A stretch of DNA of 64,000 bases from Candidatus Pacearchaeota archaeon (GCA_041651235.1 JBAZJQ010000002.1:71615-135614); one strand, 5' to 3'. Counted from the first letter of the stretch, positions 29,175 to 36,556 are shown. The notes: generated by a model not told the origin, from the letters alone. Numbers and translations are program-made.

Positions 29175-30911
29175 TTATTTTATTCCTCCTCTTAAAATTT
29201 TATCTGTCAAGTCAATTGTTTTATTTGCCAAATCATTATTTCCTAAAACCTGCTCTGCATAAAATCCTGCTTTTTTTAAATCTTTAAACATTTCAGTCTG
29301 ATTTCCTATTTGAAGGTGAAAATAATAATGCTTTCCAGCATTATCTAAATAATTCTTTTTAATGCTTCTCCAATTATCAACCTCTCCATCTGAAATTGAG
29401 AAAATTAAATTCCCTCTTCCTTCAAAAAAACTTTTAACTTTGTTTAAATCTAATGAGGTATCCCCAAATTGAGGAGATAAAGCAACTTTTTTTGATTCAA
29501 GCAGTCCTTTTCCTATAACTGTTTCTTCACTAAATCCAGCTAAATCAACTGCATTTTGGTTTAACAAATGATTTTGCCTTAGATATTCTAAAAATCCATA
29601 CCAAGATAAAAGAGCATAATGATATCTGCTGTTGTTGCCCCAGGGAATCATTGTCTTAGAGCCAGCATCTCTTCCGCCAGCAGGATTCCAAGCCATACTG
29701 CCAGAACAATCAATTAAGCCAAATCTTGCTCTTGGAAATCCTCTCTGACTTATTTTAACTTCAAGAGGCATATTTAGATTCCATCTTTTTTTCTTTATGT
29801 CTAATTCTCCTGAATCATTTACTCCTAAACTTATATGCTTTAAATCATCTGTTTCTGGGTCAAATTCTCTTGAACCATACCAAAAAATAGGCATAGATGA
29901 TTGTTTTGTAAAGCTCTCTGCTTTTATATTTAATTTTTTAGCTAAACTTTCATAAATTAAATCTAATCCTTCAAAACTATTTATCCAATTAGGTATTTCC
30001 TCTCCTGAATTATAAGCTTTTTGAATTCTTGTTCTTTTAAAGTCCTTTGTTTTCATTTCCCTGTCAAATTCATTTCCTTCAGAGGAGCTTTCTTCTGTTT
30101 TTTTTCCTTTTGTTCCTGAACCATTATGGTTCATAAGGCATTGCGCATAATTTGGCTCCATTAACTCAGACATATTTTTTGCATAAGCTTGTGAGATTTT
30201 CTGCCAGTTCTTTTCATTTAAAAGATAACTTCTTATTTTACTTTTATCCCTGATTTTTGCCTCATTTAATTCCTGCTTAAATTCATTTATTCCACTTTCT
30301 TCTAAAAATCCACTTAAAGCTTCTAATATTTTCTTTCTTTGTTTTTCATCTGATGTAAAATATTTTTTTAATTGCTGTTTTTGGGTTTTATTTGCCCATA
30401 AAGCATTGTTTAATCTTGCATGTGCCTCATAAAAAGCAGTATATTTTCCTGAAGTTTCCCCAACATCTTTAAAAAATTCATTTATTCCCTGCAATGAAAA
30501 TCCATTTGACAAGTCATCATGCAGAATTGTATCTTCCAAAGCATTAGACATATAATGAGCATCTTCAGGTGAAAATCCTTTTTCTGCTAAAACATCCATA
30601 ATCGGCTCATAAATTAAATTAACATGATTGTCTAAATTTCTAGGACATCCGGAATACCCTTTATATTTATGATGATTTATTTCATGTCTTATTCCATCTC
30701 TTACAACAATAGGAGTTTTACCTGAATTTTTTTCTTCATAAAAAGGATCATATTTTATTTCTGTTTTTTTGTTTTCTAAAGAAGTTCTCATTTGAAAATG
30801 GGGCTCATTTCTTTGGGGATTATATTCTTCAACAGAGATATCTCTAAAATCAAATCCTCCCCTATTGCTTTCTATTTCAGCTATATTTTTTATTTCTTGT
30901 TTTGTTATCAT
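29175..30911 (-). CDS. HExxH motif + von Willebrand factor A (MIDAS) domain protein
   Basis: 578 aa. HEINH at GIRHEINHHKY in the N-terminal third. MIDAS DxSxS at GLIDCSGSM, with SISDGEVDN later. Sits between target genes C and B. Confidence 0.75.
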   Translation of the reverse strand: MITKQEIKNIAEIESNRGGFDFRDISVEEYNPQRNEPHFQMRTSLENKKTEIKYDPFYEEKNSGKTPIVVRDGIRHEINHHKYKGYSGCPRNLDNHVNLIYEPIMDVLAEKGFSPEDAHYMSNALEDTILHDDLSNGFSLQGINEFFKDVGETSGKYTAFYEAHARLNNALWANKTQKQQLKKYFTSDEKQRKKILEALSGFLEESGINEFKQELNEAKIRDKSKIRSYLLNEKNWQKISQAYAKNMSELMEPNYAQCLMNHNGSGTKGKKTEESSSEGNEFDREMKTKDFKRTRIQKAYNSGEEIPNWINSFEGLDLIYESLAKKLNIKAESFTKQSSMPIFWYGSREFDPETDDLKHISLGVNDSGELDIKKKRWNLNMPLEVKISQRGFPRARFGLIDCSGSMAWNPAGGRDAGSKTMIPWGNNSRYHYALLSWYGFLEYLRQNHLLNQNAVDLAGFSEETVIGKGLLESKKVALSPQFGDTSLDLNKVKSFFEGRGNLIFSISDGEVDNWRSIKKNYLDNAGKHYYFHLQIGNQTEMFKDLKKAGFYAEQVLGNNDLANKTIDLTDKILRGGIK

Positions 30912-30955
30912 TTTGTTTGTATTTTATTATTTAAATTGTTACATTCCAAATTTTT

Positions 30956-31723
30956 TTACTTAGCGCCTTCGGCGCAACCACGTACCCCAAGCGAGGCACC
31001 AGCATTCTCAGGATTCCTGCCGCAATCCAGGTCAACCCTGTCAGAGCCAGCATAGAACCTCGCGACTGAATTATTTCTTGGCTGCCAAAAATAAATATTA
31101 TTTCCTTGAGAATAATTTTGTATACTAGAACTTGTTTTGCATAATCCTTTATCTGTTATATTTGCTTTAGAGCTGATGTCTGCCCAACAATCTGAATTTA
31201 AATAATCACTAATTTCTACTTTATTTGTTAATACTAATTCTCCATTTGATTTAATTCCTTTAATATGCTGAATATAGAATTTATCTCCCTCTTTTGTAAA
31301 ATAAGCGTTTTGGTTTTCTCCATGCCAGATATCTTTAGGAGTTCGTTTAAGAATATCATCATAAACTTCTCTATGTTCCGGATTATCTAAATTATCTTTA
31401 AGATAAAAAATCAATTCCCATGTTTGTTCTGGAGTAGGCATTAAGAGATTTTCAGAAATTAAAGCTTTATTCTGGTCATACCAATTAGTATTTTGATGAG
31501 TTCTTTGTCTTGCAAAACTCATATCTATTAAAGGAACATAAACCCATTTATCATTTATTTCTCCCTTTCCAGCTTGGTTTTGTCTTTGTTCTGTTGGTTT
31601 AACAGGCAGTTTTCCTCTTCTGCTTTTTTCTTCTGCTTCTCTGTTTATTCTTGCAATTAAATCCTTGTCATAAGGAATTCTCTTCCAATCTCCTCTGTCT
31701 CCTATTTGATTTATGATCGTCAT
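30956..31723 (-). CDS. DGR variable (target) protein C (divergent central domain)
   Basis: 255 aa. Shares the N-terminal ~33 aa and the VR/tail (GVRGCAEGAK) with the other targets, but the central ~170 aa are unrelated by eye. Confidence 0.8.
   Translation of the reverse strand: MTIINQIGDRGDWKRIPYDKDLIARINREAEEKSRRGKLPVKPTEQRQNQAGKGEINDKWVYVPLIDMSFARQRTHQNTNWYDQNKALISENLLMPTPEQTWELIFYLKDNLDNPEHREVYDDILKRTPKDIWHGENQNAYFTKEGDKFYIQHIKGIKSNGELVLTNKVEISDYLNSDCWADISSKANITDKGLCKTSSSIQNYSQGNNIYFWQPRNNSVARFYAGSDRVDLDCGRNPENAGASLGVRGCAEGAK
30963..30975 (-). promoter_or_regulatory. GC hairpin 3' of VR3
   Basis: gcgcc-ttc-ggcgc, identical to the VR1 hairpin. Confidence 0.55.
30983..31067 (-). repeat. 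DGR variable repeat VR3
   Basis: 11 mismatches to the TR, all at TR adenines. Confidence 0.85.
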
Positions 31724-32565
31724 ATTAAACTCCTTTTAGAATTTTTTGTTTCAGCGCCCTTCGGGCGCACGACTAAACGTACCCCAAGCGAGGCACCAGC
31801 AACCTCAGGATACCTGCCGCAACTCAGGCAAACCCTGTCAGAGCCAGCACCGAACCCCGCGACTCTTTCATCAACTGATTTAGGCTTTGAATTTAATCTA
31901 AAAAGATAAGCATTAGTTTGATTAATCCAATTATAAATAGAATTAATTTGATTAATATCTTCATTTCCTAAAAGTGCTTTTAATGCTGAACTATCTCCTG
32001 ATTCAATGAGTCTATCTGGACCAATTATATTTTCTTCTAATTCATATTGTTCATTTGTTTTGTAATTATGAATTATTTTATCTTTTCCTCTTGGCTGATA
32101 AGCTATTCTTGTTAAAGTTATAGGATATTTTTGTCTCATTGATTTTTGTATAAACTTTCTTGCTTCTTCTGATTCTGGATTGTCTTTTTGTTCAAATAAT
32201 GCTGTAAAAACAGCATGATAAAGAGGCATATCTCCTGTATAAAATTCTGCTTTTGGCTGTGCTATCTTTCTGTATTCTGCCCATTGCTCTTGTGTTTTTG
32301 CCTGCCCATTTTCAAGCAAAGTTTTAGATAAATCAAAAGTATGAATTCCATTTCTATAGCTTACATTTGGAATTGTCCAGTAATCTCCTACATTAATTAT
32401 TGATTGATTTGGATTTATATTAACAGGAGGATTGGTTTTTATTTTGTTTCCTTTATCTTTTCTGCTTTTTTCTTCTGCTTCTCTGTTTATTCTTGCAATT
32501 AAATCCTTGTCATAATGAATTCTCTTCCAATCTCCTCTGTCTCCTATTTGATTTAAGATTGTCAT
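31720..32565 (-). CDS. DGR variable (target) protein D
   Basis: 281 aa paralog. The N-terminal ~126 aa are identical to protein E, and the tail is like protein B. Confidence 0.85.
   Translation of the reverse strand: MTILNQIGDRGDWKRIHYDKDLIARINREAEEKSRKDKGNKIKTNPPVNINPNQSIINVGDYWTIPNVSYRNGIHTFDLSKTLLENGQAKTQEQWAEYRKIAQPKAEFYTGDMPLYHAVFTALFEQKDNPESEEARKFIQKSMRQKYPITLTRIAYQPRGKDKIIHNYKTNEQYELEENIIGPDRLIESGDSSALKALLGNEDINQINSIYNWINQTNAYLFRLNSKPKSVDERVAGFGAGSDRVCLSCGRYPEVAGASLGVRLVVRPKGAETKNSKRSLI
31754..31768 (-). promoter_or_regulatory. GC hairpin 3' of VR4
   Basis: gcgccc-ttc-gggcgc. Confidence 0.55.
31780..31864 (-). repeat. DGR variable repeat VR4
   Basis: 17 mismatches to the TR, all at TR adenines. 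Confidence 0.85.
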
Positions 32566-32576
32566 GTTATTTTATT

Positions 32577-33425
32577 TTATTTTATTCCTCCTGAATTTTG
32601 TGACGAGTTCGCCTGCGGGCGAACACGTACCCCAAGAGAGGCATCAGCATCCTCAGGAACCCCGTAGCAATCCAGGTCCACCCCGTCAGAGAGCGCATTG
32701 AACCTCGCGACTCTTTCATCTACATTTTTAGGTTTTTCATTTAATCTCCAGAGATATGCATTAGTTTGATTAATCCATTGATAAACCGAATTTATTTTAT
32801 TAATATCTCCATTTCCTAAAAGAGATTTTAATGCCAAGCAATCTCCTGATTCAATGAGTCTATCTGGACCAATTATTTTTTCTTCTAATTCATATTGTTC
32901 ATTTGTTTTGTAATTATGAATAATTTTATCTTTTCCTCTTGGCTGATAAGCTATTCTTGTTAAAGTTATAGGACATTTTTGTCTCATTGAGTTTTGTATA
33001 AATTGCCTTGCTTCTTCAGCAATTTGTTTAAATTGAGGATTGTCTTTTTGTTCAAATAATGCTGTAAAAACAGCATGATAAAGAGGCATATCTCCTGTAT
33101 AAAATTCTGCTTTTGGCTGTGCTATCTTTCTGTATTCTGCCCATTGCTCTTGTGTTTTTGCCTGCCCATTTTCAAGCAAAGTTTTAGATAAATCAAAAGT
33201 ATGAATTCCATTTCTATAGCTTACATTTGGAATTGTCCAGTAATCTCCTACATTAATTATTGATTGATTTGGATTTATATTAACAGGAGGATTGGTTTTT
33301 ATTTTGTTTCCTTTATCTTTTCTGCTTTTTTCTTCTGCTTCTCTGTTTATTCTTGCAATTAAATCCTTGTCATAATGAATTCTCTTCCAATCTCCTCTGT
33401 CTCCTATTTGATTTAAGATTGTCAT
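32577..33425 (-). CDS. DGR variable (target) protein E
   Basis: 282 aa paralog. The body is identical to protein B over ~195 aa up to the VR. It has a different tail (GVRVRPQANSSQNSGGIK). Confidence 0.85.
   Translation of the reverse strand: MTILNQIGDRGDWKRIHYDKDLIARINREAEEKSRKDKGNKIKTNPPVNINPNQSIINVGDYWTIPNVSYRNGIHTFDLSKTLLENGQAKTQEQWAEYRKIAQPKAEFYTGDMPLYHAVFTALFEQKDNPQFKQIAEEARQFIQNSMRQKCPITLTRIAYQPRGKDKIIHNYKTNEQYELEEKIIGPDRLIESGDCLALKSLLGNGDINKINSVYQWINQTNAYLWRLNEKPKNVDERVARFNALSDGVDLDCYGVPEDADASLGVRVRPQANSSQNSGGIK
32607..32624 (-). promoter_or_regulatory. GC hairpin 3' of VR5 (different stem sequence, same structure)
   Basis: gttcgcc-tgcg-ggcgaac. Confidence 0.55.
32628..32712 (-). repeat. 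DGR variable repeat VR5
   Basis: 16 mismatches to the TR, 13 of them at TR adenines. Confidence 0.85.
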
Positions 33426-33446
33426 GTTATTTTATTTTATTTTTAT

Positions 33447-34889
33447 TTATTGCTGCTTATCTTTTTCTTTATTCTCTTGTTTTTCTTGGCTATCTTTATC
33501 TTTCTTGTTTTTTGCCATATCTATTTCAATATCAACTGCATCTTTTACCCAAGACAAACCAATAGCACGATTATTATTAAATGGCTCATAAGGATTAACT
33601 GCACTTTTTCCTTTTTGAGATAATTCGCTGTACCCTAACAAAGTTGTTCCATCTGCAGTTTTAAAATAATCTAAAGCTCTGTTTCCTTTTGTTGCTTCTT
33701 CCAGAGAAGTTAAAATTATGTCCTGATTTTCTTTAAAATCGCTCTTCAATCTTTCTGCAACTTCTGCAATCATTTTTGGAGCTTCATCTAAATATTCTGA
33801 TTTTAATATGCTGGGATTTAAAACATTCTGATAAGCAGAAGTTAATTCAAATGCCTTAAACATTAAATCAACTGGATTTATTTCCTGCTCGGGATTTTTT
33901 AATTTTGCAAGATAATGCAAAGCAGAAGCATATCTGGCAACAGATTGAAGTGTTCTTTGAACAGGAACACTTACAAGAGAACAGATTTCCTTTCCATTTT
34001 TATTTCTTGAACAATCCTGGCATTTATATGGCCAGGTTTTTCCTTTTGCAGTTGGAGATTCTCCTTCTCCCTGGCAATTTCCTAATCCAAACTTTAAATA
34101 ATCCATTACTGCTCTTGCTTCTAATCCCGGCTCCAATGTTAATTGAGAAATTTCTTTGTTTGCCTGAATAATTTTTTCAGTTAAATCTCTTTTAGGGGCT
34201 TCTTTTATTCCAGGATGAGCTTCTCTTAATCTGTCTATAAGAATTCTGTCTTCAATTGTTGGCTGAAACTGGCTGTAATCTAAATCTAAAACTAATCCAA
34301 ACCTGTTCCCAAGTGCTTTATCAACATCAAAAGTTCCCTTAAACTCGCCATTTCCATAATTTGCAGTAGCTATTGAAGAAACATATCCTTTATCTCCAAT
34401 TGGAATTGAATTTCCTTTATGCATTATTCTTCCATTTCCAATTGCTAAAAATTGGTTCTGTGCAATGGGAGGACATCTGTTAAATTCCTCTAAATCCCAA
34501 AATAAAGATTTATGATTGCCATTTAATACTCTTTGAACCTGCTCTTTGTTAATATCAGTTAAAATATCCCGGTAAATATCAAGTTCAGAATGCCCTTCTA
34601 TTGTTAATGCATGTCCCCCTTCTAATTTGCTTCCATTAAAATAATAATTATGAATATCTCTTGCAAGCTGAGATTTACCGCATCCAGTATTTCCAATTAA
34701 AAGAGTGTTCATTCCAGCTAAAACTCCTGCAACAGCTAAATCAGTTACATTTAATCCTGCAAAAAAATTATTAGTATTAAGATAAACAGGGCAGTTTTCT
34801 TTAATATATTCAGGAGTTTTTCCATCTAAAAAAGCTTTTTTTGCTTTTTCCCCTAATTTTAAGTCCTCATAAGATAGTTTATCTGCCAT
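33447..34889 (-). CDS. AAA+ ATPase (MoxR/AAA_5-like) with a Cys-rich insertion and an acidic/Lys-rich tail
   Basis: Walker A LLIGNTGCGKSQ, Walker B-like LFWDLEEF and ATANYG...ALGNRFGLVLDL, reminiscent of MoxR-type sensor/Arg regions. Also CQGEGESPTAKGKTWPYKCQDCSRNKNGKEIC. Confidence 0.7.
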   Translation of the reverse strand: MADKLSYEDLKLGEKAKKAFLDGKTPEYIKENCPVYLNTNNFFAGLNVTDLAVAGVLAGMNTLLIGNTGCGKSQLARDIHNYYFNGSKLEGGHALTIEGHSELDIYRDILTDINKEQVQRVLNGNHKSLFWDLEEFNRCPPIAQNQFLAIGNGRIMHKGNSIPIGDKGYVSSIATANYGNGEFKGTFDVDKALGNRFGLVLDLDYSQFQPTIEDRILIDRLREAHPGIKEAPKRDLTEKIIQANKEISQLTLEPGLEARAVMDYLKFGLGNCQGEGESPTAKGKTWPYKCQDCSRNKNGKEICSLVSVPVQRTLQSVARYASALHYLAKLKNPEQEINPVDLMFKAFELTSAYQNVLNPSILKSEYLDEAPKMIAEVAERLKSDFKENQDIILTSLEEATKGNRALDYFKTADGTTLLGYSELSQKGKSAVNPYEPFNNNRAIGLSWVKDAVDIEIDMAKNKKDKDSQEKQENKEKDKQQ

Positions 34890-35028
34890 TTTCCAATTTC
34901 TCCTTTAAGAATTTATTTAAAGAATATTCTAAAACATGAGATTTGTTTCTAAATAAGCCCTCTTTTAAAAGAGTTTCTATGATTTTTATTTTCTCTTCAT
35001 CAATTGTTATGGATAATTTTTGTTTCAT
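34879..35028 (-). CDS. ribbon-helix-helix (CopG-like) small DNA-binding protein, not in the ORF track
   Basis: Hand-translated 49 aa ORF MKQKLSITIDEEKIKIIETLLKEGLFRNKSHVLEYSLNKFLKEKLENGR. It has a beta-strand then two-helix pattern. Its stop overlaps the ATPase ATG by 11 nt. Confidence 0.6.
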   Translation of the reverse strand: MKQKLSITIDEEKIKIIETLLKEGLFRNKSHVLEYSLNKFLKEKLENGR

Positions 35029-35041
35029 TTTGTAAGATCCT

Positions 35042-35079
35042 AGTAGTAATTATACTACTTTATAGTCACAAATACTATA
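35042..35079 (-). promoter_or_regulatory. two inverted repeats just upstream of the RHH gene (candidate operator)
   Basis: agtagta-atta-tactact (35042-35059) and tatagt-cacaaat-actata (35061-35079). A TATA-like tttaaat lies at 35091-35097. Confidence 0.3.
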
Positions 35080-35237
35080 AAATGCCCCTATTTAAATCTT
35101 TCTATTTGTTATAACTATAAAGAGGTTACAAATAACAAATATCCTGTTTAAGTGAGATTTAATTATAATTTCAATATATTCTAATTAATATAAATAACAA
35201 CTTTTATTAAGAGATTTTTGCTTTAATTATAAAAGAG

Positions 35238-35651
35238 ATGATAAATAAAAAATCACAGGTAAGTATTGAATATATAATTATAATGGGATTTGTAACTATT
35301 GTTATAATTGGGCTTTTGGGTATTGCTTTTGTTTATAGTGGGAGCATAAAAGACAGGCTTAAAATGACTCAAATAAATAATTTTGGAAATAAAATAATAT
35401 CCACAGCAGAATCTGTTTTTTATTATGGAGAGCCTTCCAAAGCTACAATTTCTGTTTATCTTCCAGAAAATGTTGAACAAATTGAAATATCAGAAAATAC
35501 CTTGTTTATTACATATCAAGGAAGTTCTGGAATAGATAAAATTGCCTTTTCAAGTGAAGTTCCTATTGAAGGAACTTTAAATTCCATTTCAGGTGTTAAA
35601 AAAATAGAAATTATAGCTGAAGAAAGTAGAGCAACAATTAGCCAAGTTTAA
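35238..35651 (+). CDS. archaeal pilin-like protein (class III signal peptide)
   Basis: MINKKSQVSIEYIIIMGFVTIVIIGLLGIAFVY. Confidence 0.65.
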   Translation: MINKKSQVSIEYIIIMGFVTIVIIGLLGIAFVYSGSIKDRLKMTQINNFGNKIISTAESVFYYGEPSKATISVYLPENVEQIEISENTLFITYQGSSGIDKIAFSSEVPIEGTLNSISGVKKIEIIAEESRATISQV

Positions 35652-35652
35652 A

Positions 35653-36048
35653 ATGATTTTCAAAAAAGCACAAAGCAGTATTGAGTTTATGATTCTTGTA
35701 GGGGTAGTTATATTTTTTTTAGTTGTTTTCTTAGGAGCAATACAAGGGAGTATGTCTGATAAATTAAAAGAAAAACAAAGCATTATGGTTCAGGATTTAG
35801 CTTCATCTGTTCAAGATGAAATTAATCTTGCTTCAAAATCAAGTGATGGCTATTACAGAAATTTTAATATTCCTGAAAAAATAAATGGCAGAGATTATAG
35901 TATTGAAATATTAGAGGAAATGGTTTATGTTAAAACAAATGATAATAAAAATGCTCTTGCTCTCCCTCTTGCTTCTGTAACTGGAAATGTTGTAAAAGGA
36001 GAGAATATAATTACAAAACAAAATGGAGAGGTTGTTTTGAATCCGTAA
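35653..36048 (+). CDS. archaeal pilin-like protein (class III signal peptide)
   Basis: MIFKKAQSSIEFMILVGVVIFFLVVFLG. Confidence 0.65.
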   Translation: MIFKKAQSSIEFMILVGVVIFFLVVFLGAIQGSMSDKLKEKQSIMVQDLASSVQDEINLASKSSDGYYRNFNIPEKINGRDYSIEILEEMVYVKTNDNKNALALPLASVTGNVVKGENIITKQNGEVVLNP

Positions 36049-36049
36049 A

Positions 36050-36556
36050 ATGAAAGAACAAGCAATAATTATTTTTATTCCAAATAATAAGAAAATAGAT
36101 GATGTTAGAAAAAAATATGATAGGTATTATAAAGAATTTAAGCCACATATAACTTTGGTTTATCCATTTAAAGTTGCTAACCAAAAAAAGGTTTGTGAAC
36201 ATATTATTAATTCTATAAAAAATTTTAAATCATTTAAAATAGAATTAAAAGGATTAAAAAGATCAGCTAAAGAGTATTATCTTTATCTTGTAATTAATAA
36301 AGGAAAAAATAATATTGTCAAATTGTATAAAAAACTTAATTCTGGAATATTAAAGGGATTTGAAAATAAAAAAATGCCTAGATATATCCCCCATGTAACT
36401 CTTGGAAGCTTTTCTAGCAAATCTAAGATGGAGGAAGCAATTAAAATTATTAAAAAGAAGGATATTAAAATAAATGCAGATATAAGCAAAATTCATCTAC
36501 TGACTTTTAAAAAAGGAGCAGAAATAGAAAAAATTAAGGGGTTTAAATTAAAATGA
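36050..36556 (+). CDS. 2H phosphoesterase (LigT / 2'-5' RNA ligase-like)
   Basis: Two HxT/S motifs, KPHITLVYPF and IPHVTLGSF, about 80 aa apart. Confidence 0.7.
   Translation: MKEQAIIIFIPNNKKIDDVRKKYDRYYKEFKPHITLVYPFKVANQKKVCEHIINSIKNFKSFKIELKGLKRSAKEYYLYLVINKGKNNIVKLYKKLNSGILKGFENKKMPRYIPHVTLGSFSSKSKMEEAIKIIKKKDIKINADISKIHLLTFKKGAEIEKIKGFKLK

Larger units (their letters stand above)
26072..33425 (-). mobile_element. diversity-generating retroelement cassette (RT, TR and five VR-bearing target genes)
   Basis: See the individual RT, TR and VR features. All lie on the minus strand with short or overlapping gene junctions. Confidence 0.85.

Noticed and set aside
30792-31055. Plus-strand ORFs antisense to VR regions (30792-31055, 31706-31909, 33353-33565), all containing RTPSEAP-like strings
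   Set aside because: They are antisense translations of the GC-rich VR/hairpin segments inside well-supported minus-strand genes. Their repeated peptide is a by-product of VR repetition.
27452-33425. The ~850-bp tandem repeat units as a CRISPR array or IS/transposase copies
   Set aside because: The units are full-length protein-coding paralogs of ~280 aa, with no short repeat-spacer periodicity. They have no terminal inverted repeats and no transposase motifs.
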